From Podarcis gaigeae (Eukaryota): a stretch of DNA of 64,000 bases. Location: the NCBI GenBank assembly GCA_964106915.2, contig OZ066915.1. One strand, written 5' to 3'. Positions 22,101 through 35,853 of the stretch are shown here, piece by piece (position 1 is the stretch's first letter; every line of letters starts with the position of its first letter). The translations under genes and the position numbers were made by a program. The notes beneath the pieces are model-generated. The model did not search any database. It was not told where the DNA came from and saw only the letters and a list, made by a program, of their open reading frames with translations.

Positions 22101-23841
22101 ACTTTGTGGCTGCCTCATAATTATAGAAATCCCTGCTCCTGGAGGTTTGCCAGAGCCTGTGCATTATCTGTAGATAATATAAGGCTTTTCTGTTGGAAGC
22201 AGCAATGGGAGGCCTGTAGTGGCTTTGTCTTGATGATATTTTGATGCCTTCGGTCTATTTTTAAACATGAGATCCTTTCTGAACATTTGGAAGCTGGCAG
22301 GATGCAGATTTAAACAAATAATGGGGATGTGTTCTCAGGCATGGTTGCTACTTCCCACCAGCTTAGAAAGTTTAGGCTGTATGCAGAGCCAGCAGGAACG
22401 GTGGGACCAGTAGCTTTAATGTTGACTGGTCAGGTAAGCAATCTGCAGTTGGTTTTGCTAGGCCTATTTCAGTGCATCGACAATGACTATGCTGAGGCTT
22501 CTTTCTCCTGGAGCCCACTTCCCTTGGCTTGGGGTTGCCAGTGACCCAGCACAGAGCTTTCCCCACCTGCATGCCCATTAATCGTCTTATCACTTGCAGG
22601 TGTGTGCTGAGCACCAGGGGGGCAGAAAAATGTGGTGTAAAATTGCCCATAATTGCCTTGTTAGTGGTAATGGTGGGCCCGTGCCACACTGCTCATCCGT
22701 CATCACGCAGTGTGTGTCAAGCCACACCTGTCCGCTTTATTGGGAATCATCTTAACAAATGAGGCATATCGTGCTCACTGGGGCTCCCCTCCCTCCCCAG
22801 CTGGTGCTGTCAGAAACTTCACATGCTGGGATACACCAGAGTTGGTAGGGGAAGAGAGGATCCACTTTACAGGGGTTAACTGGTGTCTCCCTTGGTGGGG
22901 AGGGCTCTGGAGAGATTACTTTCCCTCCGTTAACTCACAGCATGAAAGAAAAATAGCCTCTCTGCAAGTGTCCACTGCCCTTGCCAAGAATATGCAGAAT
23001 GCAAAAAAAGTAAAAAAAAAAGTGGGACGTTCTGTGCCATTCTGAAGGATAGTCCATTGTTGAGACCGTGAGCAAGCCATGCTACGGAAAAAAACTTTTA
23101 CTATTTCCATTTTCATGTCACCATACCTACAGAGTGAGCCAGAGCGAATCAGCAGCTTACATACATTAGCCATTGTGATACCTTGGAGCCACCTGCTTGA
23201 ATATTAGCAGAATCAACAGTCCAGCCATTCCAAACATGTGGTTTAGGCGTCCTGAAGCTTATTCACAGGGGGATAGATGCATGGGTGTTATTTTCTTTTT
23301 GCTGTGCTTCAGCACAATGAAACTCCCGGTGCTTTCCAGAAATGTAAAATGTATTTTCGTCGTGTGCACGGCCCAGATGCCTTCTCTCCAGTTGCTGTGG
23401 TTGGAAGGGAATGACTGGGACTCGGTCCTTCAGGGCAAAGCTGAAATATTGCACTGGTTGTCCTTAATACTACCAAAGTTCTTAGCACCATGCAGGTGGT
23501 GAATAGTTGGTGTAGAACAATACCTGGTTTGTGTGGCAGTACTGTGGGGAGCAGAGAAGAGGATGTTGTGTCAACAGGTTGAGGTGGGAAAGGTGGATTA
23601 TTATCACTGCTTGGAAGACAGCAACCTATTCAGAACACCTGTCTGGGTTTTAAGCATTTGCAATCTTCATTTTAGTTTACCTGATTATATGTTTATTTTC
23701 TAACCTGCATGGAGCTGTAGATATTTAAATAAGCCCTAGATATATAAATGTTGGGCGAGCTGCTGAGTTGTTATGGCATGCAGGCAAGCTGTTGACAATG
23801 GCCTAATGAATCCAATAACAGTCTGGTTTGTTTCTTCCTAG

Positions 23842-23993
23842 CTGACACCTGAAACAGGCCCCCGGCAGGGCGGTACTCGCTTAACCATCACTGGAGAGAA
23901 CCTGGGCTTGAAGTTTGAGGACATACGCTTGGGTGTGTGGGTTGGCAAAGTGACATGCATGCCCATCGAGAGTGAATACATCAGCGCTGAGCA
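23842..23993 (+). CDS. PLXNA1: Plexin-A1 exon, IPT/TIG ([22 protein letters not shown]...EYISAE)
   Basis: tcctag|CTGACA...GAGCA|gtaagt; 152 nt, phase 0 to 2. Missed by the ORF track. Confidence 0.96.
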
Positions 23994-24444
23994 GTAAGTA
24001 ACTTCCAAAAGAGGGCTGGCAATGAAGGGATGGGCTGTGGGAATATCTCAGTAGTATATTGGTCCTCTGGTTTGCTGGACCAAGATACAAGCCAAAGCTT
24101 TGCTAAAGAACAGCTTTTGCTAAAGATGCTGCTTAGGGTTGATGAGGTCATATCTGTTTCTTATCCAGTCTAGTTTCAGGCTTAGTTTCGGGACCAAAAC
24201 AGCATTGGTGGATTATCTGTGCCAGAAACTAGTTGGGGAGTTTATCCTTTTTTGGTTCTGCAGCATTTGATACCATGGAGAATTCCTGGGATTCTTGGCT
24301 GGTATAGGCACTGGGAACATCATTTTATGGTGGAAGTAGTTCAGAAGGTAGTCTTGGGGAATGTGTTGCTCAGCCTCTTGGCTTGTGGCTCTTTTTCACC
24401 TCCTCCATTTTTTAAAAAACGTCTAGATGAAGCTGTAAGGGTAC

Positions 24445-24742
24445 GGCTTCATCTATACGCTGATGATACCTAGCTCTATCGCTCCTTTTCAACTAATCTG
24501 ATGAAGTGGTGGAAATTTTGAACCATCGACTGGATGCAGTGAAGGACTTGATGGGGACTAACAAGGCCTCAGTCCACATAAGACAGAGGTGCAATTGTTC
24601 AGTAGAGAAGCTAATTCAGGACTGAGAGTCCAACTAGTCTGAGATGGGGTTGCATTAGCTCTGAAGAATCAGATTCACTATTTGGGAGTGTTCTTAGATG
24701 CAGCATTACTCCTGGAAGTTCAGGTGGCTACTGTGACCAGGT
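24445..24742 (+). mobile_element. L2-clade LINE RT fragment
   Basis: HLYADDT*LY followed by a decayed DGVALALKNQIHYLGVFLDAALLLEVQV. Confidence 0.75.
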
Positions 24743-24785
24743 GGTCTAAATGTCACTGCCAGCAGATCGTGGGATGTGAAGGACC

Positions 24786-24980
24786 AGTGTGGTCTAGTCA
24801 ATAAGAGTTGAACTGGGACTAGGTTCAGCTCCCTGCTTACTTATGAAGCTCACTGGGTAACCATAGGAGTAACCACTGTATCTCTTGTCCTAACCTCCCC
24901 ATATGGAGAAGTTACGATAATAAATAGGATGACAAGTGAATGAAAAACTCTCTTGAGTTGTTTGGAGAAAAAAGATGGAT
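24786..24980 (+). mobile_element. Old tRNA/CORE-type SINE remnant
   Basis: tRNA-like head followed by AAGCTCACTGGGTAACC...CCTAACCT. Related copies at ~37526-37740 (+) and ~40210-40375 (-). Confidence 0.45.
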
Positions 24981-26008
24981 GGAAGAGTGGCTAGAAAGAC
25001 CTATTGAATCTTTCTAGATAGCTTCTGTATTTGGTTGCACAAAATACTGGCAAAATGTGAGTATTTTGCAACATTTTATGAGAATGATTCATCTGACTTC
25101 ATTAGTAAGAAATATTTGGTGAATGGCTCTACATGACTGACTGGAAGAGTTAGTCTTCCAGTCTTTCACAGGCTTTCTTGAAGCTATGATTTTGGAAGAT
25201 TTTAACTTTCTATACTTAGTGGTGGTGGGTTCTTTTGCAGAGTTAGCATTAGTTTAAAGTCCCGCTCTGGATATTCTGAATGTATTTTCTGGCTTCTTAG
25301 CAAAGTCCTTGATGTGTGTTGGGAGATCTGCACTATCTAAAGCTGATCAATTCTGGCTAGCCAGCTGGAAGCAATAACTTCCTTTTCTCTCTGTATATCC
25401 TCCTTTGTTCTACTGTCTTAACAACTCAGGCTATTCCAATTTAAAAACATGTATAAATTTATAGAGCAAGTTCAAAAAGCAAGAGGATTTAATAAGAGAA
25501 ATCAATTTATGAACATGTGGGTGCCTTTCCTTTCATATGCAGATAGCAGTGATTTCAAATACGTGTGCTGGAAATGTGTAGGATTTTTTTCGCATTGTTT
25601 AATTTATGGACGGTGCATTAACACAACTGCAATAGGAATAAGGGAGGAGGGAAAACAGGGGTTCTTTTCTGTTTCTCTTTGTATTTTGTTAAATTTTAAT
25701 TGATTTCCTGCTGAGTTGAGTGTTATAGCACTCGTAATATTTTATATATTTTGCAGTTTTGATATGCCTATTGTTCAAAAGTCAATTTGATATGTGCTGA
25801 GAAATCACTTCCTGAAATTGTGAAATGGCATTTAATTAAAAAGCAACAGCAACAGCCCAGGAAAATGTGACGACAAGTGCTTGTCCTTACTATAAATTAG
25901 AGCAGAAATAACTGGCTTCTTGCCTGAGCAGGTGGCCTGAGAACTGCAGGCCAGCTCTGCTGAGACATTGCGTACATGTTACACAATCACTTACTGTGCC
26001 TTCCCTAG

Positions 26009-26129
26009 GATCGTCTGTGAGATTGGAGAAGCCAGCCCAAGCAAAATCCAAGAGGCCCCTGTGGAAGTTTGTGTCAGGGATTGCTCCCCCAGCTACAAGG
26101 CTATATCCCCGAAAAGCTTCACCTTTGTG
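26009..26129 (+). CDS. PLXNA1: Plexin-A1 exon (IVCEIGEA...PKSFTFV)
   Basis: ccctag|GATC...TTTGTG|gtaagg; 121 nt, phase 2 to 0. Confidence 0.95.
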
Positions 26130-26426
26130 GTAAGGATGTATTCTTTTCTATCACCTTTCCTTACTTTGAATCCCACTTCCCTCCTATAATTAGTTTTATT
26201 TATCTAAATTTTGCAAGGCCACCTATGCGCTTGACTATCTAACTCACTTTTTATTATCAAGAGGTGTCTAGTAGAGTGAAAGAATGTATTGTGGCCCTGT
26301 GGTGCACAAAATGGCTGAGGTCAGAGGAATTTTCCCAGCATTTCCCTCGCAGCATTCACTTTTATTGTTCCTGGGCACCAAGGACACCTTCTGAACTCTG
26401 TGACTTGCTGTGTTTCCCTTTGACAG

Positions 26427-26563
26427 ACTCCCACTTTCTCGCAAGTGTCACCAGCACGGGGCCCTGTCTCAGGGGGCACCTGGATCAGCATAAAAGGAAA
26501 GCACCTTGATGCAGGAAGTGACATCACAGTAACCATTGGAGGGCAACAGTGCGCCTTTCCAAG
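26427..26563 (+). CDS. PLXNA1: Plexin-A1 exon ([19 protein letters not shown]...QQCAFP)
   Basis: tgacag|ACTCCC...CCAAG|gtgagc; 137 nt, phase 0 to 2. Confidence 0.95.
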
Positions 26564-27613
26564 GTGAGCCTCTCATGGGTGGAAACCGTTGTGGAGTGGA
26601 GGGCTCCAAACGCACTGAGCAATGTGAACGAAGGGGATGCAAGGATGTGTGTGTGAGAGAGTATGTATTCTAAAATAAGGTACCACTCTTAAGGAGCCAA
26701 GCAAAAACTCCCGTGTAATTCTTTTCAAGGCTCATTTTTTTATATTTTGGGGTTAAAAAGACCGAAGACTGTTGAATTTCTTTTCCCTCTAAAAAGCACA
26801 AATCCCTGAGCCATGAAGTGGATAATTTTTAGATTAGGGATGATAATGGAGCGGCTCTTTAAATATTTTCGTGCAGTAATTACTGGTTATCAGCTCTAAT
26901 CGCTGCTGTTTGCAGCAGCCGCACGATGGGGAACGCTCCGGAGTTGCGCTGGCTCTGCCGGCTGCCTTTGCTTTATTTTTCTTTTTGTGTTAACTGATAA
27001 TTTTAGCATCACTTCCCCGAGTCAGGGAGAAATGGGGTACCACATGTAGAGGGTGGCACTTCACTCCTTTATTCCTTTGTGTCAGATGTGAACAGTTGGA
27101 CTGATCCATGGCCTGGGAGCAAGGCTGGATTCTTTCAGAGTAGGTTCCATTGGGTTCTCTTCCACATTTTATTCATATATGAGCTCAGGGCTACGCCAAC
27201 ATGGGATTTGCATTGATACAATCAATAGCTCAGCTGTCCTTGGGCACTCCTCAGCTCCTGCTAGAATTTGCAGGAAATGCCATGTCTAAACCTTTAGGTA
27301 GACTTATTTTACCCTTTTGTAGATTAGCAGTCTCCCCTTCAGCTGAGCAGCTTTGGGAATCAGACATACAGTCTGTGGCCCATGGTGCTTGTGGTGAGAA
27401 GGCATTGGCGCACTACACACATCTGTTTAATGGGGCACATTTTTGCTGCCATGTAGTGTTGGTAGAGAGATCAAAAAGCTTGACACCAGGCAGAGTATCC
27501 AGCAAGTTTGTTGCTGAGATTGTGGCATGGCATGGCAGCAGGAAGAATATTTGTTGGCCCTTCCTATAGCTAAAGATGTTGATTTTGTTTCCCTCTTTCT
27601 CTGTGTCTTACAG

Positions 27614-27781
27614 GAGAAATGCTGTTGAAATCCGGTGCAGGACACCACCTGGCCAAAGCTCAGGAGAGTCTCCCATCCTCATCCATATAAACCGGGCTAT
27701 ACTTAGCAGCCCTGAGGTGGCATATTTCTATACTGATGACCCCACCATTCAGAAGATAGACCCCGAATGGAGCATCAACAG
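27614..27781 (+). CDS. PLXNA1: Plexin-A1 exon ([13 protein letters not shown]...IDPEWSIN)
   Basis: ttacag|GAGA...AACAG|gtagca; 168 nt, phase 2 to 2. Confidence 0.95.
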
Positions 27782-28065
27782 GTAGCACTGAAGGGAATGG
27801 ATTTGCAGGATAAAAATAAAGAAAAGAATGTGCATATTAGGAATATCGGTGGTTGTTCATCCATTTATTAGCAGCTTTGCTGTTCTTTGAAAAGCTTTGC
27901 ATTTTGCTAAGTCACTCTGCCAGAAACCAGGATGATTTCCTCAGAACCCCACTTCCCGGAACCCACTGCAAGAGGTGTGGTGTGATGTGCATAGCACCCT
28001 ATGTGCCGGCCTGTCAGTAGAGAATAAAACACTGTTCCCATGTTCATTCTCAGTGTCCAGCCATA

Positions 28066-28140
28066 ACAATAATAATTTTATTATTTTATTATTTATACCC
28101 CACCTGTCTGGCTGGGTTTCCCCAGCCAACTGGGCAGCTA
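28066..28140 (-). mobile_element. Short 3'-terminal fragment of the young L2 family
   Basis: TTTATACCCCACCTGTCTGGCTGGGTTTCCCCAGCCA matches the 3' end of the copy at 32233-32290. Confidence 0.75.
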
Positions 28141-29602
28141 GCAGTTTCTAACAGAGGTTAATGCCAACATTAAGCCAGTTAAATCACAACTTTGCCTATA
28201 CTCAATTGACAACAGTGGAGGGGTGCTGCTGCTTTGCCTTGCAGTGCTTCCCATGAGCCACACATAAGAACTGTGTCTGCTGGCGAGTTTTGTAAAGCTC
28301 CTGAAGCAGCAGACCTTTGATTCTGATGCTGACTTTCTTCCATAGTAGAAATACGAAATGTAACAACCATAAGAGCTATAGCAGCAATTACCTGTTATTT
28401 GCAGTGTATACTTCAGTGTGATCTAAGGCCCAGGATCAAAAGAGTCAAAGCAGGACCCAGGAAATTTTCCTCTGCAACTGGGTGCCATGTGGAAGTCCAA
28501 AATGAAAACTGGAAGGAGCATGACTCTTTCAGAATGGAATTTGCTATCGGCTAATGCCACTGAATGTGTGTTTGAAAATGTGTATTATGGTTATTTTAAA
28601 GAGGATCTAGTTATGTAGGGAAGAAAGTAAGCTCTGGTTCAATAGGTTAGGCCAGTGCAGGAGATGTGTTTGGTATGACATAAAGAAGTAGGCCAGTGCT
28701 GCCTGACACCACTTGCTAATTGTATATTTTTCCTCTGTTTTGGTGATTTTGAGTAAAATCTATGTGTTGCTCTACATGGTAAGTGGTGACATCTGTGTGC
28801 AAAGCATAGTTAGATGTGATGTAAGAAGATCTGTGATGTCAGGAGGGTCTCCTTTATTTTCAAGGTTAAAGGAAATATGATGGTGATGGATTAGATTGGT
28901 GTCATGGTGACTGGAAGTAGTGGTAACACTGCAGCATTTTACCTTCTGAGTGACTGTTTTCTCCTAGGGAGAAAAGTAAACTTTTTTTGGTGGGGGGGTC
29001 AATTTGAAAAAATACATGTGAAGAAAGGGTCGGCCCCCACCTTCAGGCAAGTGCCGTGACTCCATTTCAAGGGTCTCTGTAGCTGCTTTTTTCTCAAAAC
29101 AGCTGTAAGATCTTATTATGGATCTCCCAACGTCATGTCCCTTTGAAATGGTCCTCAGAAATATTAGTCTTAAAAAACAGCCTACATTGTCATCTTCGTA
29201 GAATTGTAGAATTGGAAGGGACCCAAAAGAAGCACAGATAATAGACTGAAAACTATTGTACGATGCATCTCTTGTAGTCCTGGCTGTTCTGAACACAAAT
29301 GTAGAAGTGGTAGTCTGGGACAGAAGATGCTGGTAGTCGTAGTATTCTTTTAGACCGGCTTAAGGTCTTAAGTGTGCCAGTAGGGCTTCTTGGTTGGGTG
29401 CACCCTGGAGATGAGTGGAATCCAGAAAGCTTTCTCAGTTTCACCAGTTGTAGTTTGGTTTTCCCCAACCTGAACATAAGGTAAGAGAGACCATGCAGCT
29501 TTTAAAATAACAGAGTAGAAGTGACATCCTTGTTCAGTTCATGCTGCTTGTACCCACCCCACTGCAGTTTTTGTCTAACCCCGACTTTTGCTTGCTTTCT
29601 AG

Positions 29603-29696
29603 TGGTGGTACACTGTTGACTGTGACAGGCACCAATCTGGCCACTATCAAAGAACCCAGGATCCGAGCCAAGTATGGCTCTGCTGAGAGTGAAAAT
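29603..29696 (+). CDS. PLXNA1: Plexin-A1 exon ([31 protein letters not shown])
   Basis: ttctag|TGGT...GAAAAT|gtaagt; 94 nt, phase 2 to 0. Confidence 0.95.
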
Positions 29697-30024
29697 GTAA
29701 GTAAATCTTTGACTTAAGGGAGTCATTTTTAAAAGGAATTAGAAGTCACATGGCAGCCATGATTGCCCATACTAATTCTTTTGTCCAGATGTGGTCAGAT
29801 CAGACCCAACCAGCATAGCTAATGGCCAGGGATGATGGAAGTTGTGGTCTAGAAACATCTGGTGGCCACACGTTTCCCATCTCTAGCGTAGATGGAGAAT
29901 GTCAAAGTGCCTTCAGTCTGAACCTCCTACCTAAGCCAGCACTTCTTGCCACGTATTATTATGCTGCTACCTCAATGAAGGGGAAAGGTACAGACAACCT
30001 TCTGGGAATTAATTACACTTGAAC

Positions 30025-30027
<3 letters not shown>

Positions 30028-30067
<40 letters not shown>
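30028..30067. repeat. (TG)n microsatellite
   Basis: Direct reading; ~60 nt upstream of the 30130 acceptor. Confidence 0.95.
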
Positions 30068-30070
<3 letters not shown>

Positions 30071-30129
30071 GAGTCAGATGAAACCAATGGAAGGCAGTGG
30101 GTTAAATCTAGTGGCTTCTTCCTTTCTAG

Positions 30130-30366
30130 AACTGCACAGTCTACAACGACACCACCATGGTGTGCTATGCTCCCTCCATTGACAACCCAGTCCGGAGTCC
30201 TCCAGAGTTTGGTGATCGCCCAGATGAAATTGGTTTTGTCATGGATAATGTCCAGGCCTTGCTGATCATCAACAAAACCAGCTTTGTCTATTACCCAGAC
30301 CCTGTGTTTGAGTCTCTCCCCTCTGGAATGCTGGAGCTCAAGCCAAGCTCTCCACTCATCCTCAAG
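30130..30366 (+). CDS. PLXNA1: Plexin-A1 exon ([12 protein letters not shown]...KPSSPLILK)
   Basis: ttctag|AACTGC...CTCAAG|gtaatg; 237 nt, phase 0 to 0. Confidence 0.96.
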
Positions 30367-31256
30367 GTAATGCTACCCCCAGCCCCATTATTGCAGCTGT
30401 GCATAAGCTGTCCCACCTAGCATAACTAGGGTCCTTACTTCTGCCCCATTCTTGGCATAATTGGATGATTCTCGCCCCCTGCTCACACCTTTCTGCCCAC
30501 TCCTAGCCTTCACTGCCAGTACAGCATGGAAGAGAAATCAGATGGAGTAGAAGAAACTAGTTTTCTACTCACAAATGTGGTCTTCACAACCTATCTTTGT
30601 TTGGTGTTAAATGAGCTGCACTGAAAAAAACCCCACACAATCTATACATTTGTTTGGAAGGAGAGACTTGGCAGTCCCTACAGCAGAATCACTGCCAAAT
30701 TCTGGTAGTTTGTTCCAATATTACAGGGAGAGGAAAACTATACTATAGGAAGAGGCATGGAGCCATAGAATGAGAAACAGAAGATCCTCGTTATAATTCT
30801 TCTCTCTTATAATACTTACGATTTGACTCCAGCCTTGCTGGTCTGCTCCCTTCAACTTAAAATTGTCTTGAGCACACTTGTCACATATTCCTGGATCCAT
30901 TGAGTGGTGTTTCTTTTCATTAAGCTAAGAAATCCTTACACTAATGGTGTGCTACAATAGGCTTCACACCTTGTTCCTGCAAGACTGTAGAGAGGAGAAA
31001 AATTGATTGTGTTACAGTGGAAAAGGCAGGGGAAGTGATGCAAATGTTAGCAAATATTCTCTCTCCTATTGAGCATTTTGTCACCCATTGGTCACTTCTG
31101 TTCAACTAAGGATAGTTTGAGGCTGCTTTTGGACCACTTTTTAAGCCGCATAATGTGGATTGAGATGTTGCTCCTTTTGCCCCCTGATCTACAAAACAGA
31201 ACTGAATGAAAAGATGTCTCTCCTTGTGGGTTAGAAGGCTGAGAGTCTGCTGGTAA

Positions 31257-31475
<219 letters not shown>

Positions 31476-32186
31476 TGACAGCTTTGTTCTATGCACTGGG
31501 TGCTCATTATTTTTCCTCCTGGAAGAGCCCCATGCAAAGAATGTGGAGCACATCGCGCTTTTTAATCTTTTCGCTCTCTCCCACCTATTCCCAAATCCAG
31601 ATCCTGCTGTTGGGAAATCTGTTCTCTGCCAGCAGCTGCTCAATACGCATCCAGTGTCCATACACCAAACCAACTTTGTAAATACACCCACAAAGGTTGT
31701 TAGCCTGAAAAGAAAGTTTACTAGCCTGCTGGGGGTTGGCAGAGGAGAACCACTCCCTCCTGCAGCAGCTTCCCTGGCAGTCCGTTTAGTTTCTCTATTG
31801 GGCATAAAAGCGGGATGGATGGAACACTCCATCCTTCCTCTGCCAGAATTGAACACTTACCTGCCTGCAGTTCCTTATCACTTTGCACATGGCTTTTGCA
31901 TAAATACAAGGTCACGACAGACTATATTATGCATGCTATTAATGCAATTTTTATGTGATTAATTTGCATGTTTGTAATCTCTCTGTTTGAGGCAGCATCA
32001 GAGTAGGAAATCTTGGCAGACCGAAGGAAAGAAATCCAGATTTTGGGATTTGGAGTGGATGATGATTTTTTTGGATCTTAGTGTTTGGTGTTCTGCAGGA
32101 GGGACTTCAAAGATCTAGAAGGCAGATATATATGAATGAATGAGAGAAACCATTCCAATTCATATAAAAACCTTTCTGTGGGCCCC

Positions 32187-32232
<46 letters not shown>

Positions 32233-33156
32233 TTATTATTTATACCCCGCCCATCTGGCTGGGCCTCCCCAGCCACTCTGGGCGGCTTCCATAAAAACCA
32301 AACATACAGTAAAATATCACACGTTAAAAACTTCCCTGAACAGGGCTGCCTTAAGATGTCTTCTGAATGTCAGGTAGTTGTTTATCGCTTTGACATCTGC
32401 TGGAAGGGCGTTCCACAGGGTGGGCGCCACTACCGAGAAGGCCCTCTGCCTGGTTCCCTGTAGCTTTGCTTCTCGCAATGAGGGAACCGCCAGAAGGCCC
32501 TCGGCGCTGGACCTCAGCGTCCGGGCAGAATGATGGGGGTGGAGACGCTCCTTCAGGTATACTGGACCGAGGCCGTTTAGGGTTTTAAAGGTCAGCACCA
32601 ACACTTTGAATTGTGCTGGAAACATACTGAGAGTCAGTGTAGGTCTTTCAAGACCGGTGTTATATGGTCTCAGCGGCCGCTCCCAGTCACCAGTCTAGCT
32701 GCCGCATTCTAGATTAGTTGTAGTTTCCGAGTCACCTTCAAAGGTAGCCCCACGTAGAGTGCATTGCAGTAGTCCAAGCGGGAGATAACTAGAGCATGCA
32801 CCACTCTGGCGAGACAGTCCGCAGGCAGATAGGGTCTCAGCCTACGTACCAGATGGAGCTGGTAAACAGCTGCCCTGGACACAGATTTGACCTGTGCCTC
32901 CATGGACAGCTGTGAGTCCAAAATGACTCCCAGGCTGCGCACCTGGTCCTTCAGGGGCACAGTTACCCCATTCAGGACCAGGGAATCCTCCACACCTGCC
33001 CGCCTCCTGTCCCCCAGAAACAGTACTTCTGTCTTGTCAGGATTCATCCTCCAACCGCCTCCAGACACTCACACAGGACCTTCACTGCCCTCACTGGTTC
33101 TGATTTAAAAGAGAGGTAGAGCTGGGTATCATCCGCATACTGATCATCCGCATACT
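32187..33156 (-). mobile_element. Young 5'-truncated L2-clade LINE with (AAT)n tail
   Basis: The minus strand encodes QYADDTQLY...NPDKTEVL...LGVILDSQLS...SRLDYCNALY...RAFSVVAPTLWNALP...LKAALFREVF*. The (AAT)n tail is at 32187-32232. Confidence 0.92.
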
Positions 33157-33735
33157 TTGTTCCCCATTTCTGATTCCTTCATGAGTTCATCTGCAACAAA
33201 GTTCTTAATGCTGCTCTTGGGTGTCAGGTGAGCCAATTGCACAGGGTTCAGAGGGATGTACAAATTCCAGTGGTTTCCGTTGCATTATAGAGCTTGTGTC
33301 TGGATGGTGTAGTTGCAACTGGAGTGCATGGATCAGTGCTCTCTTTCTCTGCTCTCCTGTGGTCCCTTTTCATGAATAGACTTCACTGAGCCCTCTTTTC
33401 CACCATTTCACAAATGGTGTTCATCATAATAAGCTAGCAACATGCCAGCTTTTCCTTAGCGCTTACTGCTGTTACTTCCACTAAACACTTAGCACCATTG
33501 CTAGTGAACATGCAAGGGCATGTTTTGCCTGTGTGCCACTGTTCTTGAAAATATCATTTTTACCCTTCAGCTGGGCCTCTCTCTTTCTTTTGGTGGAGGT
33601 AAAGTAAGCCCATGATCGTGTATTTTGGATTGTTCTGAATACCACCATTTGGTAGCCAAGCCCAAGCCCCAAACCAAAAGTCCTGTTGGGATGCATTTTG
33701 GCTTGCCTGCAGATGAAACTCAGTGTGTGATGATT

Positions 33736-33788
33736 GATAATATTGTCATTTATCCATTTTAGATAATATTGTCATTTATCCATTTTAG
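33736..33788. repeat. Perfect 26-bp tandem duplication
   Basis: GATAATATTGTCATTTATCCATTTTA x2. Confidence 0.9.
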
Positions 33789-33864
33789 TAGTAGCAGTTT
33801 CCAGGGCATTGTCCTGTCCACCTCTGTTTAGTTCCATCCTTATTTCAGACATTGTGGTACAGTA

Positions 33865-34076
33865 GATTGCAATGTTTAGCTGGTGATATTGTGAGGTTTA
33901 GCTGCTGATAACAATTGCAGTGTTTAGCTGGTGAGTTATCATGATGTTGAAAATCAGATATCACCTAGCCCTTACACGCATTGTGATTTGTGATATGTTG
34001 CCAGCTCAAATATTATGAAACTATTATCACAATGTGAACATCAAACCGGTGTTGGATATTGATATATCGCCCAGCA
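33865..34076. mobile_element. hAT (Ac-like) MITE remnants
   Basis: Ends GATATCACCTAGCCCT and ATATCGCCCAGCACC (rc about TAGGGCTGGGCGATAT), with repeated GTTTAGCTGGTGA units. Confidence 0.45.
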
Positions 34077-34214
34077 CCATAACACTCCCTGCCTGGTGCC
34101 CCGTCCTCATATTTTGGATGCCTCCGACTAACTGTCACAATTACTTGCTAATTTATTTCCATTGACTTTAGAAGGGGAGAGATTTTTTTTTAAAAAAACA
34201 ACAAACCCTTGAGG

Positions 34215-34530
34215 AATTCAATTTCTGTGACTTCTGGTGTGAACTGACTTCCTGGACTTATGTGCCGACTGGGGCGTAAAATGTCCTCTGGATTCCACAC
34301 TTGTCTGAATTTTGTGATGTAGTTCTTGATTCAAGAAATGGACTGAAGTGCGGTTGAAAATATGTATGTTGGGGTAAAATGCATTTATAAATGCATACAT
34401 TGAGAAAGAATATATTTCTAAATACGTACTTCGATATAAAATGCACATTTGAATTTTCATTTTTTAAAAAAACAGATTAAAGTAGAAGCAGGACAAAATG
34501 GACTCATGAATGGGTTAAGCAGGATTAGTT
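34215..34530. repeat. Old AT-rich interspersed repeat (unclassified)
   Basis: A loosely similar reverse-complement copy lies at ~62340-62685. Confidence 0.4.
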
Positions 34531-35853
34531 GCACATTAGACTGCGGCACAGCAATTCTGACTCACTCAGGGGCTCAGTGTGGCCTTGGGTGTTTGAAAGG
34601 GACCCAAAATGTTTCTTACTCCAGGCACCTCATTTATCAGGGAATGCACTTTGCATCCCATCTGTTATTACAACGCTTTGTGAATGAGACATCAAACTTG
34701 CTGCCTGCTCAGCAACATACCAGCCTGTTCCTGCATCCCATCAAATCCCTTTGCAATGCTTTGAACAGGCAGTGTGAGACTTAACCCTGCACTGCTCGGC
34801 CATTGTCCTTCTCTACTTAGGCATTTGCTTCCCTCTGATGGCTGCAGTCAGTGCTACCTAGAAGATGCTTGGGATGTGGGTAGCTAGGCAGGAGTAACCA
34901 TTACCTTGAGTGTACTGAGTGGCAGAGAGCCCCCCCCCCCCGTTGCTTGTTCAACAATCAGTGAACTACCCAATGTGGCAATTGTACTTTTCTTATTAAT
35001 ATTAAATTTTCTGCATCTCAGAAGTTGGCAGCTATTCGCTTACCTCAGGATTACAAGGTGGTAGCAGTGGGCACCAGCTTGAAATACTTAACGCCTTGGT
35101 AACATTCTCAGCGCAAGCAACTTGCTATTCAGGGGTAGCAGGCAATGGGCAAAACGTTCCCCTTCCTGGCTGTTCCTGGAAGACCTCATCTATGCTGGAT
35201 TCTCTGTATATGCTGGCAGAGAACCACGTCTAAGAATCTCTTCTCATTTGACATTATACTTGTGTTCTGATACCTGAATATGAGAGGCATGCTGTTTGCC
35301 TTGGTTCTGAATGGTGCATGTTGTAAAATTAATTTATTGAAAAGCAGTTTGAATTGCCATTTGCTGTAACGCTGTTGAGAGCTTGCACAGGCCATGTGCC
35401 CTCTGAGCCCCTGTGTAGGAATTGGATCTTGCAGCTTGAGGGAACTGCTTCCTTGGCAGCTTTTCTCAGCATGGTCCATGGGCACCTTTGGGAGGATGGA
35501 AGGGATATAAATTCAGAAAATAAGAAGGACAGAAAATTCAGAAAATAAGAATGTCCTCCCCTGACTTTTTTCATCCTGTTATGCCCAACAGCCAACAGTG
35601 CCTTGAGATCTTTGCCATTCCCTTAATAATTACTATGTCAATAACCCACTGCTCAGTTCTTTCACCTTTATCACACTCCCAAAAAGGAGGAATCCCAAAA
35701 TACCTAATTTCAGAAACTACCCAAGCCCCTTATTGCATTATTACTGATGTTGGAAAGCAATTCCCCATCTCTAGCAAGTGGATGGGAATATAAAAGTCCT
35801 TTTTGGCAGGAAGGTGTGAGCTAATATATATATATATTCTCTCTCTCTCTCAG

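Noticed and set aside
22608-22626. CTCF-like motif CACCAGGGGGGCAG
   Set aside because: One G too many for the core consensus; not supportable without a PWM score or ChIP data.
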